The translations under genes were made by a program, and so were the position numbers. Below, in pieces: positions 26,647 to 40,112 of a stretch of DNA of 64,000 nt. The stretch is from Phoronis australis (Eukaryota; Animalia; Phoronida), in assembly GCA_002633005.1 (NCBI GenBank), contig NMRA01000023.1, forward strand, positions 116,580-180,579, in the 5' to 3' direction. The number at the start of each line of letters is the position of its first letter. Positions within the stretch are counted from its first letter, which is position 1. The notes under the pieces are model-generated. The model worked only from the letters and a program-made list of their open reading frames with translations, was not told the DNA's origin and searched no databases.

Positions 26647-27239
26647 GCACCGGATATACGGGACATTTATTGGTGAGACCAAGAAACACCCAGAAGAGTT
26701 TCATGGTCTTTTGTGACAGCGGTTGGACAGTTATTCAGCGCAGGTTCGACGGAAGTTTGGATTTCTACAAAACATGGGTGGACTACAAAGTTGGTTTTGG
26801 GGAACTGAACGGTGAAATGTGGCTCGGCAATGACAAGATTCATTACATCACTCAGCAGGCTCTATACAAAATAAAGTGCATTATGACGTCTTGGGATGAT
26901 AGTCAATTAATATGTGAGCATAATGTTTTTGCAATTGCCAATGAGACCGAGAAGTACAAGATGACTGTGTCAGCTGTGTCGCAGGTACAAGGTGCACCGC
27001 TATGCATTGATTATATTAACGGCGTAATGTTCTCCACCATCGACTCGAAAAATTCTGGAAAACGTAAGAATTGCCCTCGCGATAGTCACGGTGGTTGGTG
27101 GTACGTTAATTGTGGCCCCTTCCTCCTCAATAGCCTCTACCCCCACCACGGTAATTGTTCTTTGAGCCATTTTAGCTGGTGTATGAGGGTAAAAGATATA
27201 TTGTTAAAGGGCTCAGTCATGCAAATAAAGAAGGTTTGA
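26647..27239 (+). CDS. Exon 3 of the PAN-FReD gene: fibrinogen C-terminal (FBG/FReD) domain
   Basis: Acceptor ctactttttAAG|; canonical motifs VFCD-GWTVIQRRFDGS-DF-W-DYK-GFG-GE-WLGNDKIH-T, FST-D, GGWWY--C---LN; open reading frame to TGA. Confidence 0.92.
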
Positions 27240-27936
27240 AGAGCTTTCAATCATTGGAGGAAACATGCATAGACACTAGAGGAATTGAAATTTAGAACCA
27301 CTCTTAACCCTTATGCTGCTGAGCCTCTATTCAGATTACTTTCCCTGTGTGCTGAGCTAAATAGGTCACTACTACTGTTGTACACTAAGAAGGTCACCCA
27401 GACTAATGACCTAACAATTTTAATTTGGAAATTTGAAGAGGAAATGTTAATTTCATAGACAAGAAGCCGACACAAAAGTTGTCCAGAATTTAATGGTAAA
27501 TGAAAATCTCCATCATAGCCTTAGTGGAAGTAAACTGACCCACTGTCATCCTCTCACGTCTGGTTTCAGTCATATAATGAAACTATTTGTCTACACTTAC
27601 ATAAACCTGCTAACACCTCCCAAACTAGTAATTACAGCCATGTGGTTTAAATCAGAGAAATGTATAGGAAATTGTGACATGTGGAATGCGCATGCTCACA
27701 TATCTAAACAACATTCCAGGGCTCTTACAATTTCTAAACGAAAATCGCATGTCTCCTGGGGTGAGTTCGCTCTCCTAACTCACGAAATAAATGACTTATT
27801 TACAATGCTAAAAGCGTTTTTGGACAAATATTCTAAGAACACACATGAAAGCTGCTTGCATTTGGCTTTGGAGATATGTTTAAGATCTCAAAAGCTTGTG
27901 ATTGTTACTGACTGAATCTGTTTAAAAACACCAGNG

Positions 27937-28523
27937 GATATACGGGACATTTATTGGTGAGACCAAGAAACACCCAGAAGAGTTTCATGGTCTTTTGTGA
28001 CAGCGGTTGGACAGTTATTCAGCGCAGGTTCGACGGAAGTTTGGATTTCTACAAAACATGGGAGGACTACAAAGTTGGTTTTGGGGAATTGGACGGCGAA
28101 ATGTGGCTCGGCAATGACAAGATTCATTACATCACTCAGCAGGCTCTATACAAAATAAAGTGCATAATGACGTCTTGGGATGACAGTCAATTAATATGTG
28201 AGCACAATGTTTTTGCAATTGCCAATGAGACCGAGAAGTACAAGATGACTGTGTCAGCTGTGTCGCAGGTGAAAGGTGCACCGCTATGCATTGATTATAT
28301 TAACGGCGTAATGTTCTCCACCATCGACTCGAAAAATTCTGGAAGACGTAAGAATTGCCCTCGCGATAGTCACGGTGGTTGGTGGTACGTTAATTGTGGC
28401 CCTTTCCTCCTCAATAGCCTCTACCCCCACCACGGTAATTGTTCTTTGAGCCATTTTAGCTGGTGTATGAGGGTAAAAGATATATTGTTAAAGGGCTCAG
28501 TCATGCAAATAAAGAGGGTTTGA
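27937..28523 (+). CDS. Second, near-identical FReD exon (probably an allelic or assembly duplicate; acceptor not present)
   Basis: 5 aa differences from 26670-27239; starts immediately after the single N at 27936; 3' flank duplicated to ~29225. Confidence 0.6.
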
Positions 28524-30828
28524 AGAGCTTCCAATCATTGGAGGAAACATGCACAGACGCTAGAGGAATTGAAATTTAGAACCACTCTTAACCCTTATCC
28601 TGCTGAGCCTCTATTCAGATTACTTTCCCTGTGTGCTGAGCTAAATAGGTCACTACTACTGCTGTACACTAAGCTGTTATGACGGTCACCCAGACTAATG
28701 ACCTAACAATTTTAATTTGGAAATTTGAAGAGAAAATGTTAATTTCATAGACAAGGAGCCGACATAAAAGTTGTCCAGAATTCAAAGGGAAATGAAAATC
28801 TCCATCATAGCCTTAGTGAAAGTAAACAGACCCACTGTCATCCTCTCACGTCTGGTTTCAGCCATATAATGAAACTATGTGTCTATATTTACATAAACCG
28901 CCCAACAAATCCCAAACTACTAATCACGGCCATATGGTTTAAATCAGAGAAATGTCGAGGAAATTGTGACATGTGGAATGCGCATGCTCACATATCTAAA
29001 CAACATTCCAGGGCTCTTACAATTTCTAAACGAAAATCACATGTGTCCTGGGGTGAGAGCACTCTCCTAACTCACGAAATAAATGACTTATTAACCATGC
29101 TAAAAGCGTTTTTGATAAATATTCCAAGAACACACATGAAAGCTGCTTGCATTTGGCTTTGGAGATATTTTTAAGATCTCAAAAGCTTGTAATTGTTACT
29201 GATTGAATCTGCTTAAAAACACCAGACACGCCGAACCTTTTTCTGAAAATTATTTTTATAGAAACAACAGGACTCTAACCCTGGGTAAAGTTCAGTTTAC
29301 GCTGAGACCAACGCTAGGACCTACCTAATTAAAGCAAACCTTCGAGGGATTACATAAGACCTTGCCGTGTATTTTAAAGGAGAACACGTGGCATGGCCAT
29401 ATTTCAATCGACAGCTACTGAACTCTATCCTGGAATGCTGACTCCAGCACGAGACCAACGTCTTCTATTATTAGAGCTTGCGACCCCGAGACTAGCCGCG
29501 AGAGTTTGCACTGTAAATTTCCGGCTGTCTGCTAAATGAGTGTTGATCGAGTGTTGTAGTTATCAAATCAAGCTTAATTTCGTTAGTTCATTTTCATTTT
29601 GACATTTTTGTTCATCAAATGAGACTGTTGACCTACGGTTCTAGACAACAATGGATTTGTCGGCAAACTGAGTAAACAAACCCGACAATTACAATTTGGT
29701 CATTTCTTATACGCACCGACTCGTGGCCATGACTAGATAACAGGAATAATCTGATCTCTGATATCTTTTCATGTCCAATCTTAGAACTATTTCGACATCT
29801 CAAACTGTATTTTAGAAGTAATTCAACAAGTTATTTTTATGTTAAAACCATGTCAAATGATATTTGCTTTCTTATTGTTTGTTCTGCAAAGTTTAGACCC
29901 TACTAGAGGGTTGGTTTACTTGAATTTTGAAAAGCTACTCGTATTTCCGTCAAATCCTCCCCCTCCCTCACCCTCATCCTCTCCCTTCCTCTCCCTCTAG
30001 CTCTTCCCCTCTCACACTCTCTTGTTGTTGCAACTGTTCCTATAATAAATAATTTGTGAAATAAATGTTCACCCGTTGCCGTGATACTTTCTTGTTAATT
30101 CGACTTATGAGTAGCGAATATTAACTGCGGTGTTTTCCTTTGCCCGTGAAATAAAATTTTAAGACGAAGGTTTACGTTGTAAAAATCCAACCTCAAAATT
30201 TCGTGTTGCTGACAGCATACATTGTACTTGCCATTTACCCCACACTCTGAAATTTGTCCCGCCATCCCGCCACACGATCAAAATGTTGCGCTTTTTGACA
30301 CACGGCGACTCTGATATGTTTTCATATGCTACCGTTCGACTAAGAAGAAAAGAACGGGACGTTCCTCGGATTTTTGGGGGGTATCCGCAATTTCCCTTTC
30401 GACATAAAAATCAAAGAACGGCTTCGTTCGCTTTTGGTTGTATCGTTTCCTGTTCAGCAAAGAAACCAGTTTGGACGTGTTTTGTGTGTTTGGAATAGCC
30501 CAAACGTTCCGCTTTAGTTGTCTCTTTTTTATGAATATTGTTATTTCCCAGAGTCGAAATCAAGTCCTTTAGTAGCATAACTGCTTCAATGTCTCTTGAT
30601 AATGGTAACACGCATTGCTTGTATCAGACTACTAACCTTTACTAATGAAATGAGTTTATAAGAAAAGTCCAACACCTCAACCTTTCTAATGATCTGTCCA
30701 CAGTAGGCCTACATTCCAAGCCTGCGCAATGGAAGTTTCCCCGTTTTTATCTATTGAATAAGAAAGCCTTTACTTGCAAAATTTGGATAGATACTTTCAG
30801 TAATTCATCTATCACGTATATTTATCAA

Positions 30829-32482
30829 AGGAGCACGCCACCAAAAAACAACCTAATTTTCATCAATTTAGATCGAGTAGTTCTAATTCATAAGGACACG
30901 TACGGTTGCGTTACCTGACACCTGACGGCAGACGGTGTTGAAATTATCCAATGACGTCATCGGTTTCACACGCAGTCTGTTCAGCAGTTCACAACATGGG
31001 TCACTGGTGTCAGTTTATCGCTTGAAGTAATCGTTTAACACCAATAAATCATCAAACATCGATATGAAACCATGAAAATACACCGACTTCTTATTAAAAC
31101 GTGTTTTTTATTTCGGTCTTACAGATTTATTGGTATTTGGACACACCGTAGCCTACAAAGTTCGGCAGGCCAATAAGGTGCGTAGCAGGAGTTTGGGGTC
31201 TGTAGGGAGATAATTTTGAAGTATTTTCCGTGAGATACTGACAGAAGAACCTAGATCTGTGTTGTTCAGACTCGTGATTTTTTTAGTTCTAAACACAAAA
31301 TGCTTGTTATCCTGGCCAGTGGCTCGGAGCCCGATCAGGCCCGTCGCAGCCGGCCGGATTGACTCGTTATCTCGGCCAGTGGCTTGGAAACTGATCAGAC
31401 ATCACGAACATAAACCAGCTAAAGTTCAGTGGAAAGTAAACTTCCAGTCAAGAAAATACTATAGTAGTGAGCCAAAGTAATGTGCACGTGATTATGTTGG
31501 TGAATTAGCCAAGAAACTGCAAAGCTACTTACTCGTCGGGTTCCGCTTTGGCCACAGCACCGTCAGGGCAGAAGTTGTACACTGACAATCATTATTTGAG
31601 TAATGTCAATGTAAATATAGATTAGCCTAACACCTGGCCGTGGGATGGAAATCGAGTTCTTTCACAACAGTTTCTGCCAGCAAACACTAAATTAGCATCA
31701 GCTCACACGCCCTCGGTGTCTCGTCAATTAGTTTTAATGCACCTAAATGCAGTGATTTATTCATTGCTGGCTTCTCAAATCATTTGCACTCACGAACACT
31801 CCACAGGCATTACAAATTGCATCTAATGAGACAGACTTTGTTTAAGTTTAATATAAGTATTGGTTAGGGTGAGAATAATTCATTTTGAAACAGAACGCTC
31901 AGTAATAAACGCCAGCAAGGCAACTCGCAATCCCGACTTAGGACCGTAGCTAGAGCTCATCAGTCCCGACTTCGTATGTGGATGGTTAAGTTTTAAGGGC
32001 TATCAATTCGAACAGGAATACGGTGATGAAGAAATACTAGAGAGGCGCCGTGAACAAGCTCAGACAACGGAACGTACATGTATGAAGTTATTTGGTAAGC
32101 CGGCATTCGTCAGGCACTCGGACGTCGGCAGGCCACAGACACGGAGATGTTTCACGGCCTCATACTTGCTATTTACACCGTATATTTCATTCTTCACTAC
32201 CATGAGCCACTTCCTAAGCATTTCGGACTCTCGAGGAAGTAAAAAACGATATACCCGCTTTCCTCGCAGCTGCTTTGTTCGGACAAGCGGGAATGATGCA
32301 CCGCAACATAACGGTATTCACTCTACATATGAACCACTGGCGTCGCTAGCGTAGCTTTTCACCTTCCTCACACGTTAACGCGACACCTCTTGGCAACTTA
32401 AGGTCGACCGTATGCGAGGCGATGTGGATGTAGACCGATTAAGACGGCAAAAAAGACTAATTAACTCGGGTGGCACCCTCCT
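30829..32482. mobile_element. Non-autonomous Kolobok-type element (THAP remnant on minus strand, putative KolX fragment on plus strand)
   Basis: TCAA|AGGAGCACGCCACC ... GGTGGCACCCTCCT|TTAA; colinear with 42245-43930; plus-strand FKGYQFEQEYGDEEILERRREQ at ~31992-32060. Confidence 0.8.
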
Positions 32483-32934
32483 TTAATGTCCCTGCATTCT
32501 GAATTTTTAATGAAAAGGTGTGTCAAACGGCATGAAAAGTTCAATTAATATATAAAGATGTATACCTTTGAATGACATCTTGATTAATTTTCACATAAAC
32601 TGTGAGACATCCATATTCTAAAGTATTCTAAAGTCTATTTCTTGATAGAGTAGAAATCATTTGGATCACTAAAATTATTTACCTGTTGAATTAATTAGTC
32701 ATCACAATTTGTAATACCTTTGGAGTCTTCTTGAGTGTAAATGTTTTGAGAACCCAGCAACGAATGTATCATACTGCGTTACCGGCTTCAGATGCACTAA
32801 AACTAATTGACCGTGACCGCGGGGCACCCGAGACCGTGTGAGCGCATGCTAATTCAGTGTTTGCTAAAAGAACGGTGATGTGAACAAAATATTATTTTAT
32901 ATACTTTGGTAAGACGCTAAGGAAATCTTTATTA

Positions 32935-32936
32935 TT

Positions 32937-32981
<45 letters not shown>

Positions 32982-33020
32982 ATCCAATATATATATAAAT
33001 ATTTATATTGGATATATATA
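32935..33020. repeat. (TA)n-rich microsatellite
   Basis: Directly visible. Confidence 0.9.
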
Positions 33021-33099
33021 CACATGTTTATATGCAGATGTGGGGTCATTATGTGAAACCTTGAAGTGGGGTAAAATTTTGAGACCTTGTTCTGGGGTA

Positions 33100-33370
33100 T
33101 ATATAAAATATATAGCCCGCAACTATGTATGCCCCATTGGGTATATGCCCCGGAACAATATACAGTGTATATCCCGCAACTATATATACCTCACTAGGTA
33201 TATGCCCCAGTACAATGTATAGCCCGCAAGTATATATGTCCCGTTAGGTGTATACAATATATATCCCGCAACTTTATATGTCCCATTAGATATATGCCCC
33301 ACTACATTACATATCCCGGTTTTCCACTGTTCTTACAATCCACCCAATAAACAAGCCCCGCAACTACATG
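33100..33370. repeat. Degenerate minisatellite (tatatcccgcaactatat.tg.ccc...ggtatatgcccc)
   Basis: cccgcaa motif repeated five times with AT-rich spacers. Confidence 0.8.
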
Positions 33371-36300
33371 TATATATGTGTCACATTCGGTTAAAGTCTT
33401 TATGTGCCAAAATGCACTCCTCCAAAGATCACTTTAATATCATGCGTCTATAACAGATTTCATCACTTTCAAGCTCAGAAATGTATCATGCTTTTATCTG
33501 TTTATTATTCTGAAACGTGAGCAGATGACACTATCTGTGTCAGGTTCTACGGTATAAGTTGATACCTTTGATAAAAATACACTTCAACAAATACGTTGAC
33601 ACCATTGTGAATGACATTCTTGCTTAATTCGCCAACAAAAACTCTCACAGATGAACATTTAACCATTTATTGATCTTGCACATAGTGAACTATGAATACC
33701 CAAATTATCTTTAAAATCAAGTGATGGGCACCAAAAATAGAGGGTACATATACATCCATAGGAACAATGCTTGTGATATGCATGTACAGTTTCATCCTGC
33801 ACATCTTGGCAGACTTCCAGTCACCACAATTACAGAATCCGACCATTTTAGTAACAATTACCACTAAAAATGTAATAAAAGAACATTCGACAGTGTTAGA
33901 TAAAATGGTATTTGCTTTCTTCACACAAAACCTCTTATGCATAGTGACTACAATTCTCAATAACTGAAAGCAGTTATTTTTAAAGATGTTTAAACTGCAA
34001 AACCTGCAATGCCATTTGCCTGTATTGTCTAATTAACAAAACTCAGGTTCTGATAGGCTGTAGTTGAAGTGATGATGGTGATGTTGAAGACCCTAAGGAA
34101 CGAAGGTGACACTTTATAGCTTAAGACACAAAAAACATAATTAAAATATTCATTGTCACTACCATTAGTAAGGGCAGATCCTGGTAACTCGCTACGCCAC
34201 TAACAAATGTCCTGCTATCATCACTTTGAGCATCACAAACAGATCCCAATGACTCTTTTACCACCTCCATGGAGACTGTCGTATTGTCATCATCACTCTC
34301 AGAATCATGGCATAGCTTGGAAAATTTCCCTTTATCTTAAAAATTTCCAGACTTCATACTCTTGATGACATCAATTCAGTCTATTGCCTGAAAATACAAT
34401 TGAAGTTTTTAAACATACGTTTTGCTATGATAAAAGTTTGAAGATTGGGCAGGATGTTCTTTTTCATAATAAATGCATTGTGAAAGCTCTCATAAACAGC
34501 TTTTGTTACAGTGTCTAAGACATAATTTTAGGGAATTACATGCATTTTTTGTATATTGTATTAAACTTAGGCCTGACAGGTATCTAGTTAGTTTCATATT
34601 TTTACACTTTTCACAATTTACTTAGAATAGAACTGTTATCATTTGGCAGGTATCCTTGCACACACTGCAAAATCTATCATTCCTGTGAGGTATACATTAT
34701 TTATGGAATCTTTAGTTATACTTTACGCGTATGTCTTGTTCATATGGCAAATATTTGTCACCAGTGGAGCATGTATTTGGCTATGAGGTTTGCACATTAG
34801 AGCAACCATTTTTGTTGCTGCACTAAGGATTGGATATAACACTGGAGCTTCAGACCATAGACATGGAGTGCATTCCTACGAAAATACACTATTTTACACA
34901 AACAATAATATAACATTTACAATTATAATAATAACAATACGTTTGTGATTTCTTTGTAGTTCAAATCTGTCAGGTGTGTCCCTTTTAGCATCCCTGCAGG
35001 TCGATAGTACAAAGAGGAGTTATTCGGAAAGACGTTTTAGGAGCAGTGGCCTTTTTATAGGTTTTTGATCTCAAGACCAAAGGACCTTTATTCTAAAGAG
35101 TGTTAAACTGAGAAATGAGCTTTGTTTGTTTGTGAAAATTTGATTTCACTTAAAAAGGAAACTAAACCATGTTTTAATGATTTCAACGAATCCTGCTCCT
35201 GTCATCTGCTCATGCCTCATTGGAAAAAGCTGTAATTACTAAAAACTTGCACCTCTATCTCGCCTTTTGGTCCTTGGTGGGTGGTCTTTTCACACACTTG
35301 CCATGAAATTCTCTAAAGCGTAGTCGCGCTTGGCCGTTTAGCTGACTTTTAAGAGTTTCAAAATTTTCCGAACTTTTCAGAGTTGTCGAGAGTTACAGGC
35401 CGTTATTTTGTTCCTGGATAGTAAAGAAATTTTTTGGTATTTTGGTGATAAGTCAAAACCGAGTCTGCCTTCCTTTTGATTATCTGAAGTGTCTTTGGTC
35501 AGAAGGGCCATTGGTCTGATTGGTCCACTGAGCGTTACATCTTGCAATAAACCTAATTAGTAAGCATGAAAGATTGCCAGGTAACCATATTGCAATGACC
35601 ATGGTTGGTGTGTGGCAGGGCTAGGATGACAAGAGAAAAATGACGAAAGAGGCGTGCATCTTCAAAATTAAGTCGTTATCATTTGCATTCATAATAATTC
35701 TTAATTGTGCTTAAATGTACTAAAACAGCAGTCTTCTATAAGCTGTGTCGTAATGTCATCACCCAGATCACTTTCAGACTGACAGTCCTTCGAACTAAAG
35801 TTCCTTTGCACGAGAGACTATCAAAGGTCCTTTGGAATACAGGATCGACCAACCCCATCTCAGCACATTTCGTATAGACATCACAAAACAATAAAGAAAC
35901 AGGAGCTGAAAAGGTATCACCATATGTTTGACATCAGCAAGAAATAAATTTTGAATTTACAAAGGTATTGTGTGATGAAAATTGAAAAACAAGTAATTTC
36001 AATTACATGACATACCTTTCAGACGATCTATAAAAAAATTCTTGATTATTTTAGCAGAACTGAACACCTTGTGACGAAAACAGCATCGATCACTTCTTCA
36101 TCTGAAACATATTATAAATGCAGTGATCTATGCTGCACCTTTACATTTGCATTCATTTGTTTGGCTTACTTAAATATGTCTTCTAAATTTCCAGTAACAT
36201 GAGTTTGAAAGTTTTAAAGTTATTCTGCTACATTAAATGGTTCACCTAGTTAACAATAAATATGTTGCGAAGAAAACTGTTGCAAATAACGCAATGTGCA

Positions 36301-37027
36301 ATATGCTAGTTGATGCATGTCTGAAAAAGAGGCTCTATGCTGATGGAATTAGGATCAAAATGACTCTATAGTTACCTAATGAAAGAATTAAATCAAAGTA
36401 GCCATTAATTATGACCTCGCACTCATGAGTTTAAAAAATTAAAATAGCGGAAACCTTGCAGAAATGTGTAGAATCTAAGAAAATATATATGTATATTTCC
36501 CATAATACTTCATTTATGTGAAACTCACACCCCTACTTAACTCACCCATGTGAAGTTTCATGTTTCCTTACTCTGAGAAAACAAGCACCAAATTCTATCT
36601 TCATCTGTGTCATTGTCATGTTGAACTGAAAGGAGTGACAACATTCTCATCTGGAAAAAATCAAAACTGTCAATAGAAATGAAATGTTGTCTGTAGTCCA
36701 AAGGTTCTTTAGTCCAAAAACAATAGGAACTACAGCCCGAAGAGTCAATAGTGGGAATAGAAAACTTGTTAATAGTTTTTTTACAATATTCTGTAATATA
36801 CGGAGTTAAATGTCTTCAGGATTTCAGTTAATTTTACACCATTTTCTCCATCTTTTAAAATTCCGTACAGTTCTGTGAAGCAGGCAAAACTCTTTTTCGT
36901 GAGATTGTGGTTATTCAATGAAAAACAACCTGAACAAGATACATGTACGAACACTTAGTTTGATGTTGAAAAATATTCTAGGTAACTACCGAGTTGGTAA
37001 TGACAGATAAAATTCCCCTTAATTTTT

Positions 37028-37767
37028 CAGTGCTGTAGTGATAAAATAAGAGGTAAGCAGGCACCCTTCGTGTCGCTTTTAGCGCTGAATTTTAAAAGTG
37101 CATTGAACTCGCGAAACCTGACTCACAAACATGTAGGCATATATTTTGACTCATGAGTAGGTATTCACATAGAGTCTGCAGTGGCGGATCTTGGATGTCG
37201 GAGGAAAAGGGTCAAACAGCTCATTTTCGAAAGAAAAGGTCCGCGTGCATTCCGAGTGGTCTCAGAAGGGGGCCCAAGCACAATTATAAAGGAAAATAGA
37301 AGCGTAACGCCCAGAAGCGATAAGGTGGCAGCGACTTTCAGTCGCCCGTGGGGTGTGTCCTCAGGGCCCTTCGCCACCCCCCCCCCCTTTATTCAGCTAT
37401 GGACGTGACACCATAACTATTTCTTTATCTTGAAATATTAATAAAAATTCCATTAATCGGCGAGCATACATGTATGCCTGGTGGTTGCGCGCGCCGAAAA
37501 GTTCATCAATGATGCTGTCATCGGCGTAGCGCATTGATGGCGTAAGTTATCGCCTTGAGACTACGCCCCACCACACCGTCACTTACGGCTCGTAGACCCT
37601 ACATGTACGTTAAATTAAAAAAGTGGTTGCTACGATAAAATGTAAGAAGGTGGTTGGCTGCAAGTACATCCCACGTACACCATAACTACCGGTGGGTAGG
37701 CGCTATGTTGAACAGCAAAAAGGTAGTTGGCTGCGCCTACATGCACCTATGCCCCACTACAGCACTG
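37028..37767. mobile_element. hAT-type MITE of the CAGTGCTGTAGT family, likely with an internal CAGTGGCGGATC-type insertion (~37179-37400)
   Basis: CAGTGCTGTAGTG ... CACTACAGCACTG perfect 13-bp TIR; subterminal similarity to the 25687 copy; TSD not evident. Confidence 0.65.
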
Positions 37768-39335
37768 TCAGACTATTGACCAATCGACCCACAGACCCTT
37801 TGGACCACTCCATCCCTTGTTGAATCATTTAAGCAGACATCAAAGTTACTAAGAGAATTCAAAGATCATCTATATTTTTAAGTATTTTTTCACAAGGTCT
37901 GGTCTGGTGTATGTGCCCTCTTTTTAATGACAACAGAAAATATGTTTAGTGAATACAAATTTTATGCACTTGGTTAGTAAAGATTTGAGAACCTGTATAT
38001 TTTGGCAACTTAGACAAAATAATTTCAGTAAATTATTTTACCCTGGATTTTCCCATTTCATGTTTCAGATTTGGTTTTCAGTCACTGATTTCCAAGAGCT
38101 CATTTAAGAGTTAAAAAGATCTAAGGTTGATACTAGATCACCCACATTGAATCAATGTCAAAACATGTACGAACCACAGCTTCTTGCTACATTAAGTAAA
38201 AAGTCACATTTAAAGAACAGGCAAACAACACTGCATATTTACACCTTTGGTCACTAATTTTCCAGGCTTGTTTGAAGTGTAAAATATTTTTAAGGAAAAG
38301 TTTTTGGTTGACATTTAGGACTGAACCAGACCAAACTACGAAAGTTTTATGAAAGATTTTACATAATTGCCTTACGATATGTTTCAGTGTAAATGCTAGT
38401 CTGTACATTTGCTTTTCCAGTATTTACTTCTTGTTAGAATTTGTAATATGTACAGTTATTGCTTATTTATTTGATCGATGGGTTACATCTTAGAGGGACT
38501 TTTGTAGCATTGCAGTCCACAAAATGGACGTTTTTCTTAGGGAAATCGGTACTGCAAGGACACCCGTAAGGAATTCTCTCAGAAAAGGCACCATTTCGCA
38601 GTGAATCTGAAAAATCTTACGAAGTGCAATCACTCAGCTCATAATACTAAGGGGTGGTTAGATTTTGAAATATTTTAGGAGGGACAGATGCGAGTATTTG
38701 GTCGCATCTTCTGCATTAGAAATAGTTCCTAGGACTCTATTAAAAGCATGTTAGCCATCCATAATCACCACTCTGATACATGACATTGCAATTACTTTTA
38801 TAATCAAAATATTATAGGAATTTGAAAGACTTACCGTAGCCTTAGATCTCGGATGTACCATAGACTTAGATCTGGGATGTACCATCTTCCACACAAAAAT
38901 TCTTGTTTCAGATAAAACGAAATAAAACTTGTCTCCACTCAAACTCTAAAAGGATGTCCAACCCCAACTCTATTAACACTAAAATCAAAACCTCAGACGC
39001 TTGTTGCAGTGTTAGGTCAAGTAACTTAATATCCTCCATGGCCATTACATAACAATATACTGTACCAATGTAGGTCACATATGGCACTCTGTAGCAGGAC
39101 ACTCATAATAACAGTGACATCTTTTGGGAGAGACTGCACAGTGTTATATATAGGATGTTGTGATGAAACCAAGTTGTTGAGAGAATACACGTGGAGGCAT
39201 TGTGCATACATGTACCAAATAACAGTTTCTGATAGGTCCGAAATTGTGGGGCATTATATATACCCCACAATTTTTCGTAACCCCACAGTAAAGGTCTCAT
39301 ATATAAAAATGCCCCGGATCTGTATAGTTCTCTTA

Positions 39336-39377
<42 letters not shown>
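39336..39377. repeat. (TA)n microsatellite
   Basis: Directly visible. Confidence 0.95.
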
Positions 39378-39382
<5 letters not shown>

Positions 39383-39599
39383 CATTGTTCGAATCATTTT
39401 TGTTACACATCTTTTCCTGTGTTCAGTGGAATGAGAACCCGGATTCGCTTACCCCCTCGGCTAAGTACATTTGCAATTTTGCAGCGCTTTTACCAAAATA
39501 TTCACATGCACACTATTTCTTTGGTTCACAGGTCTAATCTTTTCGTGACTGGAAGCTTAGCTTTTGATTTTGGCGGTCGACTACCGCGGCTGGTTTATG

Positions 39600-40112
39600 T
39601 TCGGGATGTCGCCAGTCCGGCCGCCGACTACAGACTTAATCGAGTTACGAACCTCTCGATTATAACGAGCACTTTAGTCTGTTCATAACTGAAAAATATC
39701 GTAAGTCTAAAATTACAGAACACGGTCATGCTCTTCTGTGTGTATTTCGTGGATGAATGTTTGTAAAGTATCACCCAACATAACCATAATTCCCTCCACC
39801 GACCTCGGTAAGTTTTCCTACCGTACTTTTTAGGCTACGGTACAAATGTACGTCCAAAATTTCTATAAATACGTAACAGAAAAATAAAAAAACTCGTTTA
39901 AAGCGAAGAAGTCAAGCAATAAGCTGACACCAATAAGGGTGTTGTTAACTGCTGAACAGACTGTGTCAGAACCTATGACATAATTGGTTAATTTCAGCAC
40001 CTTCGACTGTCGTCTGGAGTCTGGTAAAAGAACTGAACTTGCAGTTATCGAGTGGAACTACTCGATCTAAATTGATAGAAGGTAGTTTTTTTTATTCTGG
40101 TAGCAATCTCCT
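39600..40112 (-). mobile_element. Partial, diverged Kolobok-type element in opposite orientation
   Basis: gaactactcgatctaaattgat...ggtagcaatctcct|TTAA is the reverse complement of the left end of 42245-43930. Confidence 0.65.

Larger units (their letters stand above)
33030..39335 (-). mobile_element. Possible highly decayed MULE/MuDR-like element between (TA)n tracts
   Basis: Loosely inverted ends (cagat..gggg.catt...ga.acc...gtgggg); minus-strand fragments ESFHNAF (~34480) and FCNCGDWKSAKMC (SWIM-like, ~33790-33840); weak. Confidence 0.35.

Noticed and set aside
27493-29174. ORFs 27493-27915 and 28869-29174 as genes
   Set aside because: They fall in 3' UTR or inserted repeat sequence, their starts and stops differ between near-identical copies, and they have no motifs
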